From the NCBI GenBank assembly GCA_965203295.1, contig CBDBCZ010000017.1, positions 992,001-1,056,000 of the forward strand: a stretch of 64,000 bases of DNA, in the 5' to 3' direction. A program made the position numbers and the translations under genes. This stretch comes from Nitrospirales bacterium (GTDB taxonomy: Bacteria > Nitrospirota > Nitrospiria > Nitrospirales > UBA8639). Every line of letters starts with the position of its first letter. The stretch's first letter is position 1. A model generated the notes under the pieces. It was not told where the DNA came from and made no database searches. It was given only the letters and a program-made list of their open reading frames with translations. Positions 12,393 through 34,318 of the stretch are shown piece after piece.

Positions 12393-14319
12393 GTACATAT
12401 TCTGACCCCATCATTGCTTTGCCCGAACTGTTGCCAGCACCCAGACCGGAGAACACTGTATTGAATGATAACAGCAATAAAGTTCAAACCCATTGCTGGA
12501 CTGGGGCCAACACAAATATCCATATTTAATCAAACTAAACGTTTTGGCATGAGCAGGCCCAATCCCATGCCAGGGGGGGAAACCCAGTGGTTTTGTGTCA
12601 CTGGGGAAAAAAAGCCCAAAAACTCACAGCCCAGCAATTCTAACAAAAATAATACATGATAGCGTCCATTCATGCTGGTCCTCTCGCCATCTTGCCTTGC
12701 ATCCATCAGCTTCCGCTCAGCTCAGAAAATTCATAAGGGGGGGGGGGGGGGGGAGGAAAAGGACTTTGTAAACAATGAACAACCCTATACGATTTGAATT
12801 AAAAAATCGGAGTAGTTCCCTTTGCTGGGACTGGTAACAAAAACTGGAGAAGTGCCCCCCTTTACCAAGCACCTGCCCTTATACTACCCGTTTCCAAGCA
12901 AGCCTGCCGTAGCTAAGTATCAGCATGCTTCTACTCACTCTTATTGGCCCACTTCCAAAGCTGCAAACTTCCGCCCATAGCTACCCATTTCGTGGAGACA
13001 ATATTTCCCGCCTAATTCCGGTAGCTATGCAACCTCCAACCGGCATGAAATACATATCCAGTGTTTGTTTCACAGTGGCTGAGCAACAATCAATCAGTTT
13101 ATTTGAAATCAGTATGCAACAATTTTTTGTAACTAACATAACAATGACAAATTTTTGAGGGTTTGCAAGCACTTTGGTGACATCAGAAGAATCTTATTAA
13201 TTTGCATGCATGCCAACAGAGGCTAGACTACATGTAGCTGCTAGGATTCTTCTGCTGACAGTGCTAGTCCAGTCTACATACATATATAGTCTGTTTCCTG
13301 TTTTATACAGTGACAGCACAAAAGTCTATCATATTAAGTGAGAAGTGAAGTTCAAAGTTCAGAAGTTCTCACAAATGAGGAGCCAGAACTATTAAGTATG
13401 TAGCTATTGGAACTAAGAGCAAGATCTGTTGGAATGAGAAATTATGGGTCCTGTATAGGTCGCTCTATGTTCCATACTAATATTCTGATACCATGTTCCA
13501 ATAGTTCTAGCTCACGTCCCATGCGAAACAAGCCTTAAATATATTTATTGTCATGATTGTAGTTTCTCCTTCAAAACAGTGGCCTACAGCTGTTGAAGAC
13601 GGAAAATGAAATTTCAGCTGCTGCATGGGGAAACAACACGTTTCTTCTCCTATAAATACACAGATATGAAGTGAATGCGTATAATCTATCAGTCAGTATT
13701 ATTATGACCAAAAATTTTATCTGGAGTATAATTATAGCTAGCTCCTGAAATTACTCAAGTTTGGAAGGAACAAGTTCCATTTTGTGGGTTAGACCACTCT
13801 GGTTCTCAGCCTTTCAATTATCATGTGATACTATGGCTGCATTGATGAGTTTTAAATTTATCATTATTATCAGAAACCGAACACAGGACACCAACATGTG
13901 CATAACAAACGTGATTGGAAGTGCATACCCATACAAGAATACAAATGACGCACTAATGTAAGTGGTGCCTTTTTTACACAACGGGTAAACAGCTAGGTGC
14001 ATAAAGAAATGGCTTCTTTATAAATTGGGAGGTTCGTACCTGTACAAAAATTAAATACAAAATTGAAAGATGCAAGTGATGCCTCACTCCCAAGCCACTT
14101 GGGAAATGAGAAAATGGTGCACAACTCATAACTAATGATGAGCAGAAAGTTCTCTTTACGGAATGGCTGTGGCAATTGATGTAGGCTGAAAGTATGATTG
14201 TGTGATTGCAGTGAGGAGTGGAATGAGAGGGGCATGAAAACAGTGACAATGACTAACAGTTACAGCGTAAATAATAATTGTGATACTTGGTTCTCTGATT
14301 GCATACACGTACACTGCAA

Positions 14320-19524
<5,205 letters not shown>

Positions 19525-19700
19525 TACTGTTAGGGTGTGTGGGTGTGGGTGTGAGAGAGAAAGAGAGAAAAAGGTGAGAGGGAGTGTATGTGTGTGTGTG
19601 TGTGTGCGTGTGAGAGAGAGAGAGAGAGAGAAAGGGAGAGCGAAAGGGAGTGTACATGTATGTGTGTGTGTGTGAGAGAGAGAGGGTGAGAGGGAGTGTA

Positions 19701-19759
<59 letters not shown>

Positions 19760-19816
19760 AAGAGAGCGAGAGGGAGTGTACATGTATGTGTGTGTGTGTG
19801 TGTGAGAGGGAGTGTA

Positions 19817-19864
<48 letters not shown>

Positions 19865-19998
19865 AGAGAAAGGGTGAGAGGGAGGGAGAGAGTGTGTGAG
19901 TTAGTGAGAGAGCATACATGTACGCATGAGAGAGAAAAGAGGGAGAGTGTGTAACGATTGCGTATGTGTGTAAGTGTGAGGTGTGTGTGTGTGTGTGC

Positions 19999-20048
<50 letters not shown>

Positions 20049-20160
20049 CAATGTACGTGTGAGCAATACATCAAATATGTGTGAGTGTGCCCAAGGCCTA
20101 TACTCAAATATCCTAATCCCAGGTAGAGAAGCCATATCACATATCACCTCTCCGCTGGTG

Positions 20161-24114
<3,954 letters not shown>

Positions 24115-24185
24115 AGAGCAAGCACCTGCATGTATGCATGCATGCACATGTGTACTTGAGAACTGGAAGTATTGACCAGCAACTC

Positions 24186-25431
24186 CTAGCTCAGGGAAGG
24201 CCTGAGTTTGAGGTTGGACAGACACTCCTGAGAGCGAGGAAAGGACTGTAGTATATGCTTTATGCTAGCCTCGTACGGGGAAGGCCTGGGTACGAGGCTA
24301 GGTTTATGCATGTACTTACATACACACACATATACAAGCAATTTCCTTTGGTTTTCGAGGAAATTAAAGGAGTGTTTCACCACTCCCTGGAACAGCAATC
24401 AAGGATGGAGACAGAATAAAAGGTTTGTAGGTTGGCTGACTGTTGTCCAGTGCAATGGGTAAATTGAAGTTGACTGTATAAACTGTTAGCCTTTGATTCT
24501 GACAGCCTAACCTAATTAAGCACTTAAGAGCCACTGCCTATTTGCCCTCTCCTGTGGACAACCAATTAGAAAACTTCTGTACGTAAGTACATACTAGGCC
24601 TTGGGGACAGAACAGTAGTCACGTATCATGGGACAGGATGGTGTGGCCATTTTCATTTGAGAAACAGACAACAGCCATGATAAGCAGGCAGAAATGCATA
24701 CACGTGTACGTGTACAGTGGAACCCCTCTGAAAGGACACCCCTGAAATAAGTACACTTCAGAATCTGTATTAAGGACACTTTGCTGTGTCCCAAATATGC
24801 TTTCTTAATGCAAATTTCCCCCCAAAATGAGGACACCTTTCTACATGTATATAGGACACTTTCACCAAGTCTCCAAGGTGTCCACATAAGAGGGGTTCCA
24901 CTGAAATAATTACAAGTCACTTTCTGTACCCAGCTTCTCTGTACAATGTACTACATGTAGTACTCACTTACTCTACAGTAATGGACTACTGGAGTAGCAA
25001 TTTACGGAACAAAGGAACAGCTATGTGCCTGTGAAGTGGGAACACACGATGTCTACAGCTACAGATCTACAGTGCAAGCAATAGTTCCATAATAGATGCA
25101 GGCATTAGAGACACGTGTATGGGAGAATTAGAGCACACGATGTCTACAGCTCCAGATCTACAGTGCAAGCAATAGTTCCATAATAGATGCAGGCATTAGA
25201 GACATGTGTATGGGAGAATTAGGGTCCATTTCACAAATTGTACACAGCTACAAGTACAACAATCTGTCAAGTAATGATGGAGAGTTGAGAGAGTATAGCT
25301 TGAGTCTTATAAATTGTACTGGGACTACAGTGGAACCCCTCTAGAATGTAGAGTAGAATGAAGCCACACCCTCTGCTCCGCCCACTCCTCCATGTATTGC
25401 TTTCTAAAGGCATCGATTTCTTCCTTTATGG
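24186..25431 (-). CDS. 3' part of a small uncharacterised ORF; 5' exon(s) unresolved, probably near 29550-29760
   Basis: Exon 25431-25370 (AIKEEIDAFRKQYMEEWAEQR, cag|..|gtgtgg) is in phase with 24227-24186 (ECLSNLKLRPSLS*), which has a strong acceptor tcctttcctcgctctcag. Confidence 0.45.
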
Positions 25432-26576
25432 CTGCAACATAGGTTAAAATAAAGTGGTGCTGAAGTGATACAGGTATGCTAACAATCACGCAAAGAATGT
25501 AAGTGTGCCTCTGAATACAGTTCTCCCTTGTCATAAAGTTTTACAGCGGGATCTGGTGAAGTGTCCTGTACAGAGAGGTGTCCTCATTTCAGGGGTAAAT
25601 TTACAGCATATTTGGGAGGTAGCAAAGTGTCCTTAATACAAAGGTGTCCTTATTTCAGGGGTGTCCTCTGATCGGGGTTCCACTGTATACTTCCATTGTA
25701 TACAATAGTATACAAGTAATTGGACCTATAAATAAATATGGGCCAGACAGACAGTCTGTGAATATCATTGTCAAGTATGGTATCCTGATAGACTGTGATA
25801 GTCAGATTAAATTGTGGCATTATTAATTGTCAGCTGTCCACATGCAGCTGGGGTCTAGGAGGAAAAGGTAAGTGTATACCTAATTAACACCAATGGGATC
25901 AAAGCCCACATCAAGTACATGTAGCCTCCTGACTATAGGGCTGAGCCTATCGTGCTCAAAAAATACCCATAATGCTATGCTGCACTGCTTCAAAATCTTC
26001 CTATCATGCTCAAATTATGCTCATTGAGTGTGACCCTCACAGCGAAAACTAACCATCTGGACTGCTTTACAACTTCAAGTATGCGTGGGTGGTGCATATT
26101 TTCATAATTAATTTCTAGTATGTTCGCTGCTATTGGACCACTCCTCTACAAGGTTGAGCCATTGGTAGCTTGCTGAGTTTCCGCTACACATTAATTAAAT
26201 GATGTACATGTACATGTAATTTCCTCAAGAAATCTGCCTATTACGCTCGCATTATGCTCAATGCTTTTGGGTACCTATTAAGCTCATTTTATTGCCAGCA
26301 TAATTGGCTCACTCTTACTCTTGACCACACTTCCCCCCTCCCTGCAAGTCGACTTATGTGGGCATACATGTGTTGGCATGGTCATGAGACCAGTACATGT
26401 ACATCAGCTGCTATTATGAAGCTTAATAATTTTGTACAGTTGGGTATGCAGGCTGACCCATGCAATACAGAAGGTTGACCCTTGGTTATTAAGGTCGCTT
26501 TATGACTGGATAGTGACAGGGATTGAGAAAAGTGTAGCCGTAGATGTTTGAAGGGCTCAGCCTCTAGATTAACTAT

Positions 26577-27000
26577 TTTTACCAGCCGGAGCGCGCGAAC
26601 GGCTGGTTCTAAGATTGCTTTACGTTTTACGCGTTTGTTTGTTTGTTTGTCTGTCTGTTTGTGCGTCTGCACTTATCACGTGCGCAATATATTGCGTCCT
26701 ACGTTACTATGCAACTGCAGTGTATAGCAGCTTTTGGAGGTTTACAGGCCAAGCCACAGCAAATGAAGGTAGTTTTGTGTTGCCTAGATGGCGAAAACGT
26801 GGTAGGTAGCTGTAAAGATCCTGGTTTTGTGGGATAGAGCTGCTAACTGTTACAGGCGCATGACGAAACTGCTGAGTCAGCACTTTCACTGTACCGCGTT
26901 CTACAGCTGTAGTTTAATAGCTTGGCCTAAGCTGAGTTGTGTGTATTGTACGGGAAAGGCGTCCGGCTGGTTTTTGAGACATGAAATATCAGACTTGTTT
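26577..27000 (+). mobile_element. HINE/Helentron-like element with (GTTT)n; inverted copy at 32895-33352
   Basis: Subterminal IRs accagccgga / tccggctggt, 5' hairpin and microsatellite. Two similar copies in the window. Confidence 0.75.
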
Positions 27001-27117
27001 CATTTTCAGGTTCATCGTGTTTAGGAGATGGGGGGAGAGACCTAATGAGAGAGTAGGAATTGGCTGGGTCCTACTGGCAAGTGCTACTAGCGGGTTTAGT
27101 GGCAATATAAAGCTTGC

Positions 27118-27274
27118 CTACTGCTCCTCTGCCAAGGGGCTTCAGTAGCTCAGTTGGTAAGAGCATCTGATTAGTATTTCAGAAGGTCCTGGGTTCAATC
27201 CCCAGCTGGGTCCCATAGTTTTTCTTCTTTTTTGGGGGGGGAGGGGAGGGGGGATTTCTTTACTCTCTCAGAAA
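27118..27274 (+). mobile_element. tRNA-derived repeat (SINE-like or tRNA pseudogene); second copy at 46366-46509
   Basis: A box tagctcagttggta, B box ggttcaatccc, stem tctga/tcaga with an irregular loop. Both copies share 5' and 3' flanks. Confidence 0.75.
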
Positions 27275-27423
27275 GTTTAGCATCTCCAAGAGTTTGCAAT
27301 GTGTATGTTGTGCTTGTAGGAAACCCCTGCACATCCCCTACCAGGTAGCTAGTGCTCTGTATGGAAATTTTGGTTAAGAGCAGCAGGTACTATAACTATA
27401 GAGGCTTCCCTACATGTATACAT

Positions 27424-27870
27424 TAATTGGGCGAGCGTGAGCGAGCCCCACACTAGTGTGTTCAATTGCAAGTTTGTCTGTGCGTACGGTGTACGTACGT
27501 ACGTACGTCCGTACGTACGCACGTACGCACATACCGCATACGCTTCAAATAGTTTCCGTAATATTCCAAATTGTTCACGTGGCCACGGTGGCTGCAGTGC
27601 AGCTAGCTTAGGGATGCTCTCACAGAGTAGACGGCAGCGGAAAAGGCTACAGCGTTGCCGTATATATCCCCAGGTTGGCGATAAGTCACATTGGAACAGC
27701 AGAGAGCGAGTTCTAGAGCCAGAAGAGTTGTCATTTCTCCAGGCCACCGACAGTGACACTGAGACGAGAGAAGGAGCCAAAAGAGCTGCTGAGGGCGCGT
27801 CGCCGCTAACGTACGCATGGGCTAATACCTCGCTCACGCTCGCCCCACAATGCTCTGCATTCACCTAGTA
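27424..27870 (+). mobile_element. HINE/Helitron-like element ending in hairpin + CTAG; short derivative at 44765-44923
   Basis: gggcgagcg / cgctcgccc subterminal IRs, internal (tacg)n, 3' aatgctctgcatt..cctagt. Confidence 0.7.
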
Positions 27871-28438
27871 TTACACTTTTTGGGTTTAAATTGTGCAAAT
27901 CGCTACTCTTGTGCCCGGACTGGCGCTCCTCTCACACGCTTTGACGGTCTGGTAACTTGATTTGAATTTTTTTGTTTCTAACACGTACCTTAGTGATCTG
28001 GAACTTCAAAGCACGAATCTAATCGCGGAAAATGTAATTGAACGTGTATGACATCACCGAGCGTGCATATATCAAATAACAAGGAACGTTCGTTCTCCGA
28101 TCATTGCATTTTTAGCATGCAAACACCTTTCGATTATTAACCCTCTCACATTCGCAAGGTTGACACGCCTCTACCTGTGACAATAATTTTAAATCAAGCT
28201 ACCAGACACTCTTTTCCAGGAGGGCACGAGACTAGCAAATCCCTGCATGTACATGTACATGCAGGCCCCCAAGAAGACTAGAACCACGATTCTGGAACAA
28301 TACCAAATGGTAGGCAAAACGGTATAGCATTGCGGTGAAGGTTCAGGATTATATCAAGACAAAGTCATGTGTACTGTTGCAGTACACCCACCACTGAGGC
28401 AATAAATTGTTACATTATTCAGTTGCTGTGTATGATCT

Positions 28439-28950
<512 letters not shown>

Positions 28951-29759
28951 TAAAATTCTTTTTGGCGATGCTATAGCCATGCAATTGTGATGAATACGAA
29001 GGAAAATGTGTTAGAATTGCAGGCATTGGAGAATAGCTACATGTAATAATTTCCTTCGTGCCTCGCCCAAGAATACTCTCCCTGTTGCTGCTATCGTTAA
29101 AAAAGCTCTAGGAGTTTTGTTGGCAATGAGACCTTACTAAAACCAGTACACGAACCTGGCTATACTTGTATCAATACTGAGCTACAAGCTATGCTATGCG
29201 AAAAATATGTTTCCCAACCCTGACCCTAACCTAAACTTCGCGCAAGCGTAATTTTCTTGGCACGGTTCTTATCAGGTGATCCCAAGCTATTGCGAGAATG
29301 TGCACACTGTACTTAAATTTTTAGCTACAGAACTACAGTGGAACCCCTCTTAAAGGTCACCCCTAAACTATTGAAGGATATCTCTGCACTAAGGACGCTT
29401 GGCCGTGGAGTTTTTTAATATACCTAAAATGAGCTAGGGTACCTATACGTACAATACAGAGGGGTTCCCATCCATCCAAGAAAGCTCTCATTAACATAAT
29501 TTTTCCCACACAAAAATAGTATCTACAGAGCTATACACGGACGTAACTCGTTTGACCTGCACTGGCTTGCTGAAACGCAACGCTGAGACCCAAGGTTATG
29601 GCTTCTTTGAAAGCAAACAAGTTTTTGATAACCATACGATACAAACACAAGCAAAAGTCGGTAAACGCACCCGAGTCTTCTCTTTCGCTTCTTTAGGCAC
29701 AGCTGGCAAATCTCGCAAGCCAGACTATCACCTGGCCATCAGTCACAGGCTTACATAGG

Positions 29760-29990
29760 AACATAGATAGGAACAAGTGTACAGCGAGATATACGGCTTC
29801 TACATGTGTAATTCTATAATACCATAGATAATATAGACTCCGTATCTATGATAATACCATACAAATTATATTAGTCAATAATAGTCTAGTACCTAGAATA
29901 GGTGTGCTTTATTTGGAAACATTTTAGCGGGAAATTGAAGAAGCAAGCTGTACGTTGATCTGTGCATGCTTTTCTCTGATCGTAAGTACT
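29760..29990. promoter_or_regulatory. Probable divergent promoter with an E2F-type site and adjacent CHR-like motif; likely non-coding first exon of SPC24
   Basis: ttagcgggaaattgaa at 29924-29939 followed by donor c|gtaagt at about 29982. Lies between divergently oriented genes. Confidence 0.45.
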
Positions 29991-30444
29991 TTGCTAGTGA
30001 GATAAGCTTATGCTACTATTACTGCCATAAACGTTATGGGTAATTTCCAGCCTGAGTCCACAAATTCAAAATGATAGGAACCTTGGGTTAGAGTTTGTGC
30101 ACGGATTAGGGCAGGGTTAGAGATTGTGTAGGTTTAGATCTGGCTACTACTGAGCTGCAATTAGTCTAGCTTGCTATTCTCACCTTCTAGCTACCTAGGG
30201 ATCGCTTGCAGTATCTCGGCGGGAAAAGAGATACTGCAAGCGGTTTCTAGATGGGTAGAAGTGGATAGCTAGCTAGACTAAGCTACAATCAGGATAGCAT
30301 TCCCCGGCCCATGTAAATGTATGTGCTTCCTGCTGGACCAGTAGTCACTGTCACATCCAGATAGCTTATTTCCTGTGTACAATTGGATCGACCTTATCTA
30401 CATTGTTTTGTGTAACCCTCTAAATTGGCCTTGTAATGAGGTCC

Positions 30445-31789
30445 TGTCACGGAAATTTTGGTCCGGCGGAAAAATTGGTCCAGGGGACCAAATTTCCGGA
30501 ATATCGGTCCGGGCGGACCATTTTTTCCTGAAAATTTTGGTCCCCGTGTGAAAATAATGGTTCGACCTGCGCCATAAGCGAATTCTGTCTGCTACTGTAT
30601 TTCACGCTTGATAGAGTGAACTACTACACTAAGGTGGATGGCTACATGATTGAGTATATTGTATTGGCTTGTTTGTTGTCATAGCCTACGGCTACCGTCA
30701 ATAGCTTCGTTGTAAGCTTGCCGTGAGCGTATAGCTAGATCTACCGTATAGCCGGAAAAATTGGCGAGAATTAAATTTGGCGAAATCGCCAAAAACGGCT
30801 AAAATTAAATATTGGCGAAAATTAAATTTGGCGATTGTGTACGGCGAAGGCTATGGCGTAATTACGTAATCCTAGGCGCACAATGTGCAACGCTGCTGAA
30901 TATGTAAAGTTTTTGTCACTGAGCTCGACAATGGAGACGTTGGATTCGCCAATCTTACTATCCAGAAGCTTCGAAAAGTGTGTAGCAGCCTTTGTCGCTC
31001 CGTCGTCAGCGGAATACTTTCCAATTTGTGCCCTTTCTTGCGTGTGTTACTGTTATACTTGCCTCGAGGTGACCGTGTGACAGGCTTCAATCTCCAGATA
31101 GAGAGCGCTTTACAGCTTTGCTCGCGAGTTCGATATCCTTCCCGGACAGAGAGGAAACACGTACGTGGAGTGGGAACAACTTCTTTCTTGTAGCTGAATG
31201 CGCGCGTGGGTGTTACGTATTACATAATGCGTGAGAATTTTATTTGGCGAGAATTTAATTTGGCGATTTTTTACGATTCGCCAAATTAAAGTCCTCGCCA
31301 AATTTTCCGGCTATACGGTATACATTTTGTAGCTCCCAGGTCAGTACCACTTCGACCAAGAGAAAATGCTTCGCCATCTGTGGAACTGCTTCGAGAGAAG
31401 GAAGATGTCAATGATTCCATACAGTATCATCAGCATGCAAGCTGTAACGGGCCACAGAATCGACTTTACAGTCAGTAGACAAATTCCCGGTGTAGCTATA
31501 CTGAATCAGTTTGTAGGATATCGGTGCCTGTGACTGAGACACTGTCTCATACCTTTGTTTTAAACTACCTAATGGTTAAACTAAAGCTTAATATTAACTA
31601 TGCCATACATACAATGTCATGTATAAGCAAATTTTCAAGGTAAGACCAACTCTGCTAGAACTTGATGGGCGGACCAAAATTTTCAGGGTAGGACCAATTT
31701 ACCCGGAAAAAATGGTCCGGGGGACCAATTTTTCCAGCGGAAATTTTGGTCCTAGGACCATTTTTTCCAGGACCAAAATTCCAGTGACA
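30445..31789. mobile_element. Ginger-like non-autonomous DNA transposon with a nested TA-MITE (30744-31318)
   Basis: TGTCAC..GTGACA termini, repetitive long TIRs (ttttggtcc/ggaccaaaa), 4-bp TSD gtcc. Internal remnant PGQYHFDQEKMLRHLWNCFERRKMSMIP at about 31336-31420. Confidence 0.75.
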
Positions 31790-34318
31790 GTCCAACCCCC
31801 CAGGTTTTATTTTCCAACTGAGATAAAAGCTGAGGCTGGAAGGCCTGCCGTTAGTCTCGTTCCCAGACCCTCTACACATGCCCCGTCGAAAAAGTAGGAA
31901 AGGAAGGAGGGTCTGGTAAATGGGCATAAATGGCAGGGATAGACAAAACTATGTTTGCAATGCTTCAGTTGCACTTTAGCAATCTTTCATCAGGCATTAC
32001 ATAAACAGAGCAGTGTAACTCTACTTATGTACAAATAATAAAGGCATCAACAATTACCCATAAATATGACAAAAATAGACTCTGATGAAGTGCGATTGAA
32101 ACGCTCCAAACAAAGTTTTTGTCTATCACTGCCATAGTCCAATTAAGATCTACCAGTAATTGGTACATGTTACCATAGAGACAGATTTCTCTGAGCTTTA
32201 TATCTCGCTGAACATAGACACACAAGCCATCATATTTAGGCCACACCCTCTACCCCACCCACGTACCAAGTACAGGGTTAATAGAGATTGTGTAGGTTTA
32301 GATCTGGCTATGTTGAGTCAATACTGAGCTGCAATTAGTCTAGCTTGCTATCTTCACCTAACTACCTAGGGATCGCTTGCAGTATCTCGGCGGGAAAAGA
32401 GATACTGCAAGCGATTTCTAGACGGGTTTTGTCTATCACTGCCATAGTCCAAGATCTACCAGTAATTCAAAATGACCCTCAAGGACCATAGTTTTCATAC
32501 ATGTATAATGTTTGATAGCCCATGAAACTTTAATTCCATGCAAAGTTATGCAAAATTCATGGTAAATAATGTTCTATAATCAATGAAGTTCAAAATGTTC
32601 ATGAAACATTAACATTTTCATTGGGTAGTGTAAAACGACATGTACATGTACATGAAATTCAAATAAGGTGAATCTTCGCTGCACTCATAAGCTCCTGATG
32701 TTATGTAGCTCTCAAATTACAGTGTAGTAGGAACTCCTTACCACTAATACAATTTCTGGTAGCGGCAATTCATCATCAGCTTCATGAGCATTTTATAAGA
32801 CCTCTTTCATGGAACATACTAGGCTACCTTTTAAGTTTCATATCCACATGGCAATGTCGGCAAGCATTTCATGCGTTGAATGATCTAGTGTATGAACAAG
32901 TCTGACATTTCATGTCTAAAAAACCAGCTGGACGCTTTTCTCGTACAATACACACAACTCGGCTTAGGCCAAGCTATTAAACTACAGCTGTAGAGCCAGA
33001 GATACTATATTCTTAGAGCGGTACAGCGAAAGTGTTGACTCAGCAGTTTCGTCATGCGCCTCCAGTTAGTAGCTATATGCCAAGAAACCAGGATCTTCAC
33101 GGCTACCTACCATGTTTTCGCCATCTAGGCAACACAAAACTACCTTCATTTGCTGTAGCTTGGCCTGCAAACCTCCAAAAGCTGCTATACACTGCAGTTG
33201 CATAGTAACGTATGACGTAATATAGTGCGCACGTGATAAGTGTGGACGCACAAACAAACAAACAAACAAACAAACAAACAAACAAACAGACAGACGCGGA
33301 AAACGTAAAGCAATCTTAGTACCAGCCGTTCACGCGCTCTGGCTGGTAAAAATCCATTTGCTGGCTAACTTCAGGGGAGAAACCAAATTGATCAGAAGTA
33401 TAGGTTATCTGAAACAGCTGTCTGTGTTTGCATTAACAGGCTAATTTCCATTTCGTGTAACAACATTCCCAGTCACTACTATAGCTCTCAAAATTATGGG
33501 AAACTACAGTATAGTAGGACCTCTCCTTACCACTTCTGATAACGGCAATTGAAGTACTTTCATCTGCTTCATGGGCTTTTCATATGACCTCTTTCATGGA
33601 ACATAATAGGCTAGCTTAGGTTTCTAGGGTTTCATATCCCAATTGGAGTGTCCACCTGATACTTCACAAGCATTCCGTGTGTGAAATGATCTCCCGGAAA
33701 ATTCATGATGCAATTTTTCCTGGCTAACTTCACCGAAAGAAACCAAATTCATCAGAAGTATATAGGTTAGCTGAAACGGCTGTCTGCAGTTGCATTATCG
33801 AGCTCTCTATTTCATGTACAGCACTTTTCAAGAACCTCTCAGTGTTATTGGTTTGATTCAAGAAGTGACCACCTCCTTTCAGAAGAGTACTTCAAAGGCT
33901 AATTAATCACTCACCCACCATTAGTGCAGTGGGCTTTGCTCTAATAGCTTGCAAAGGTAGTGAAAACTGCTGTAACCTCGTTCCCAGTCACTAAACCACA
34001 CACACTTCTGGCAGAAGTGACAAACTCATCCAGGCTTCCTGCTGCTTTTTTTTGACATATAAAAAGAAAAGCTGGCAGTTGCATAGCAACTGCGAACAAG
34101 GCTAGTCCGTATAATTGTATATGCACACAATGGCATGTATAATAGCATGTATGTAAGTACAGTATAGTACAATGGACCTTTGTTATGATGTAATGGTGAG
34201 CATTAAATAGAGAAAATACATGAGAACATGTGCTTTGGTAGTCACTACTCATTCTAGTTTGCTTGAATTTCGAGAAGACTTTATTATGGCCTCCGCTCAC
34301 CCCCAGTCTAATCTCAAA

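Noticed and set aside
27136..27214. Functional tRNA gene
   Set aside because: 8-nt anticodon loop, mismatched acceptor stem, and a more decayed second copy sharing flanks indicate a repeat.
28265..28309. Plus-strand exon-like segment APKKTRTTILEQYQM|gtaggc
   Set aside because: No compatible neighbouring exons or homology recognised.
32082..32105. CTGATGA..GAAAC hammerhead-like core
   Set aside because: No convincing stem II or stem I, and no cleavage triplet context.
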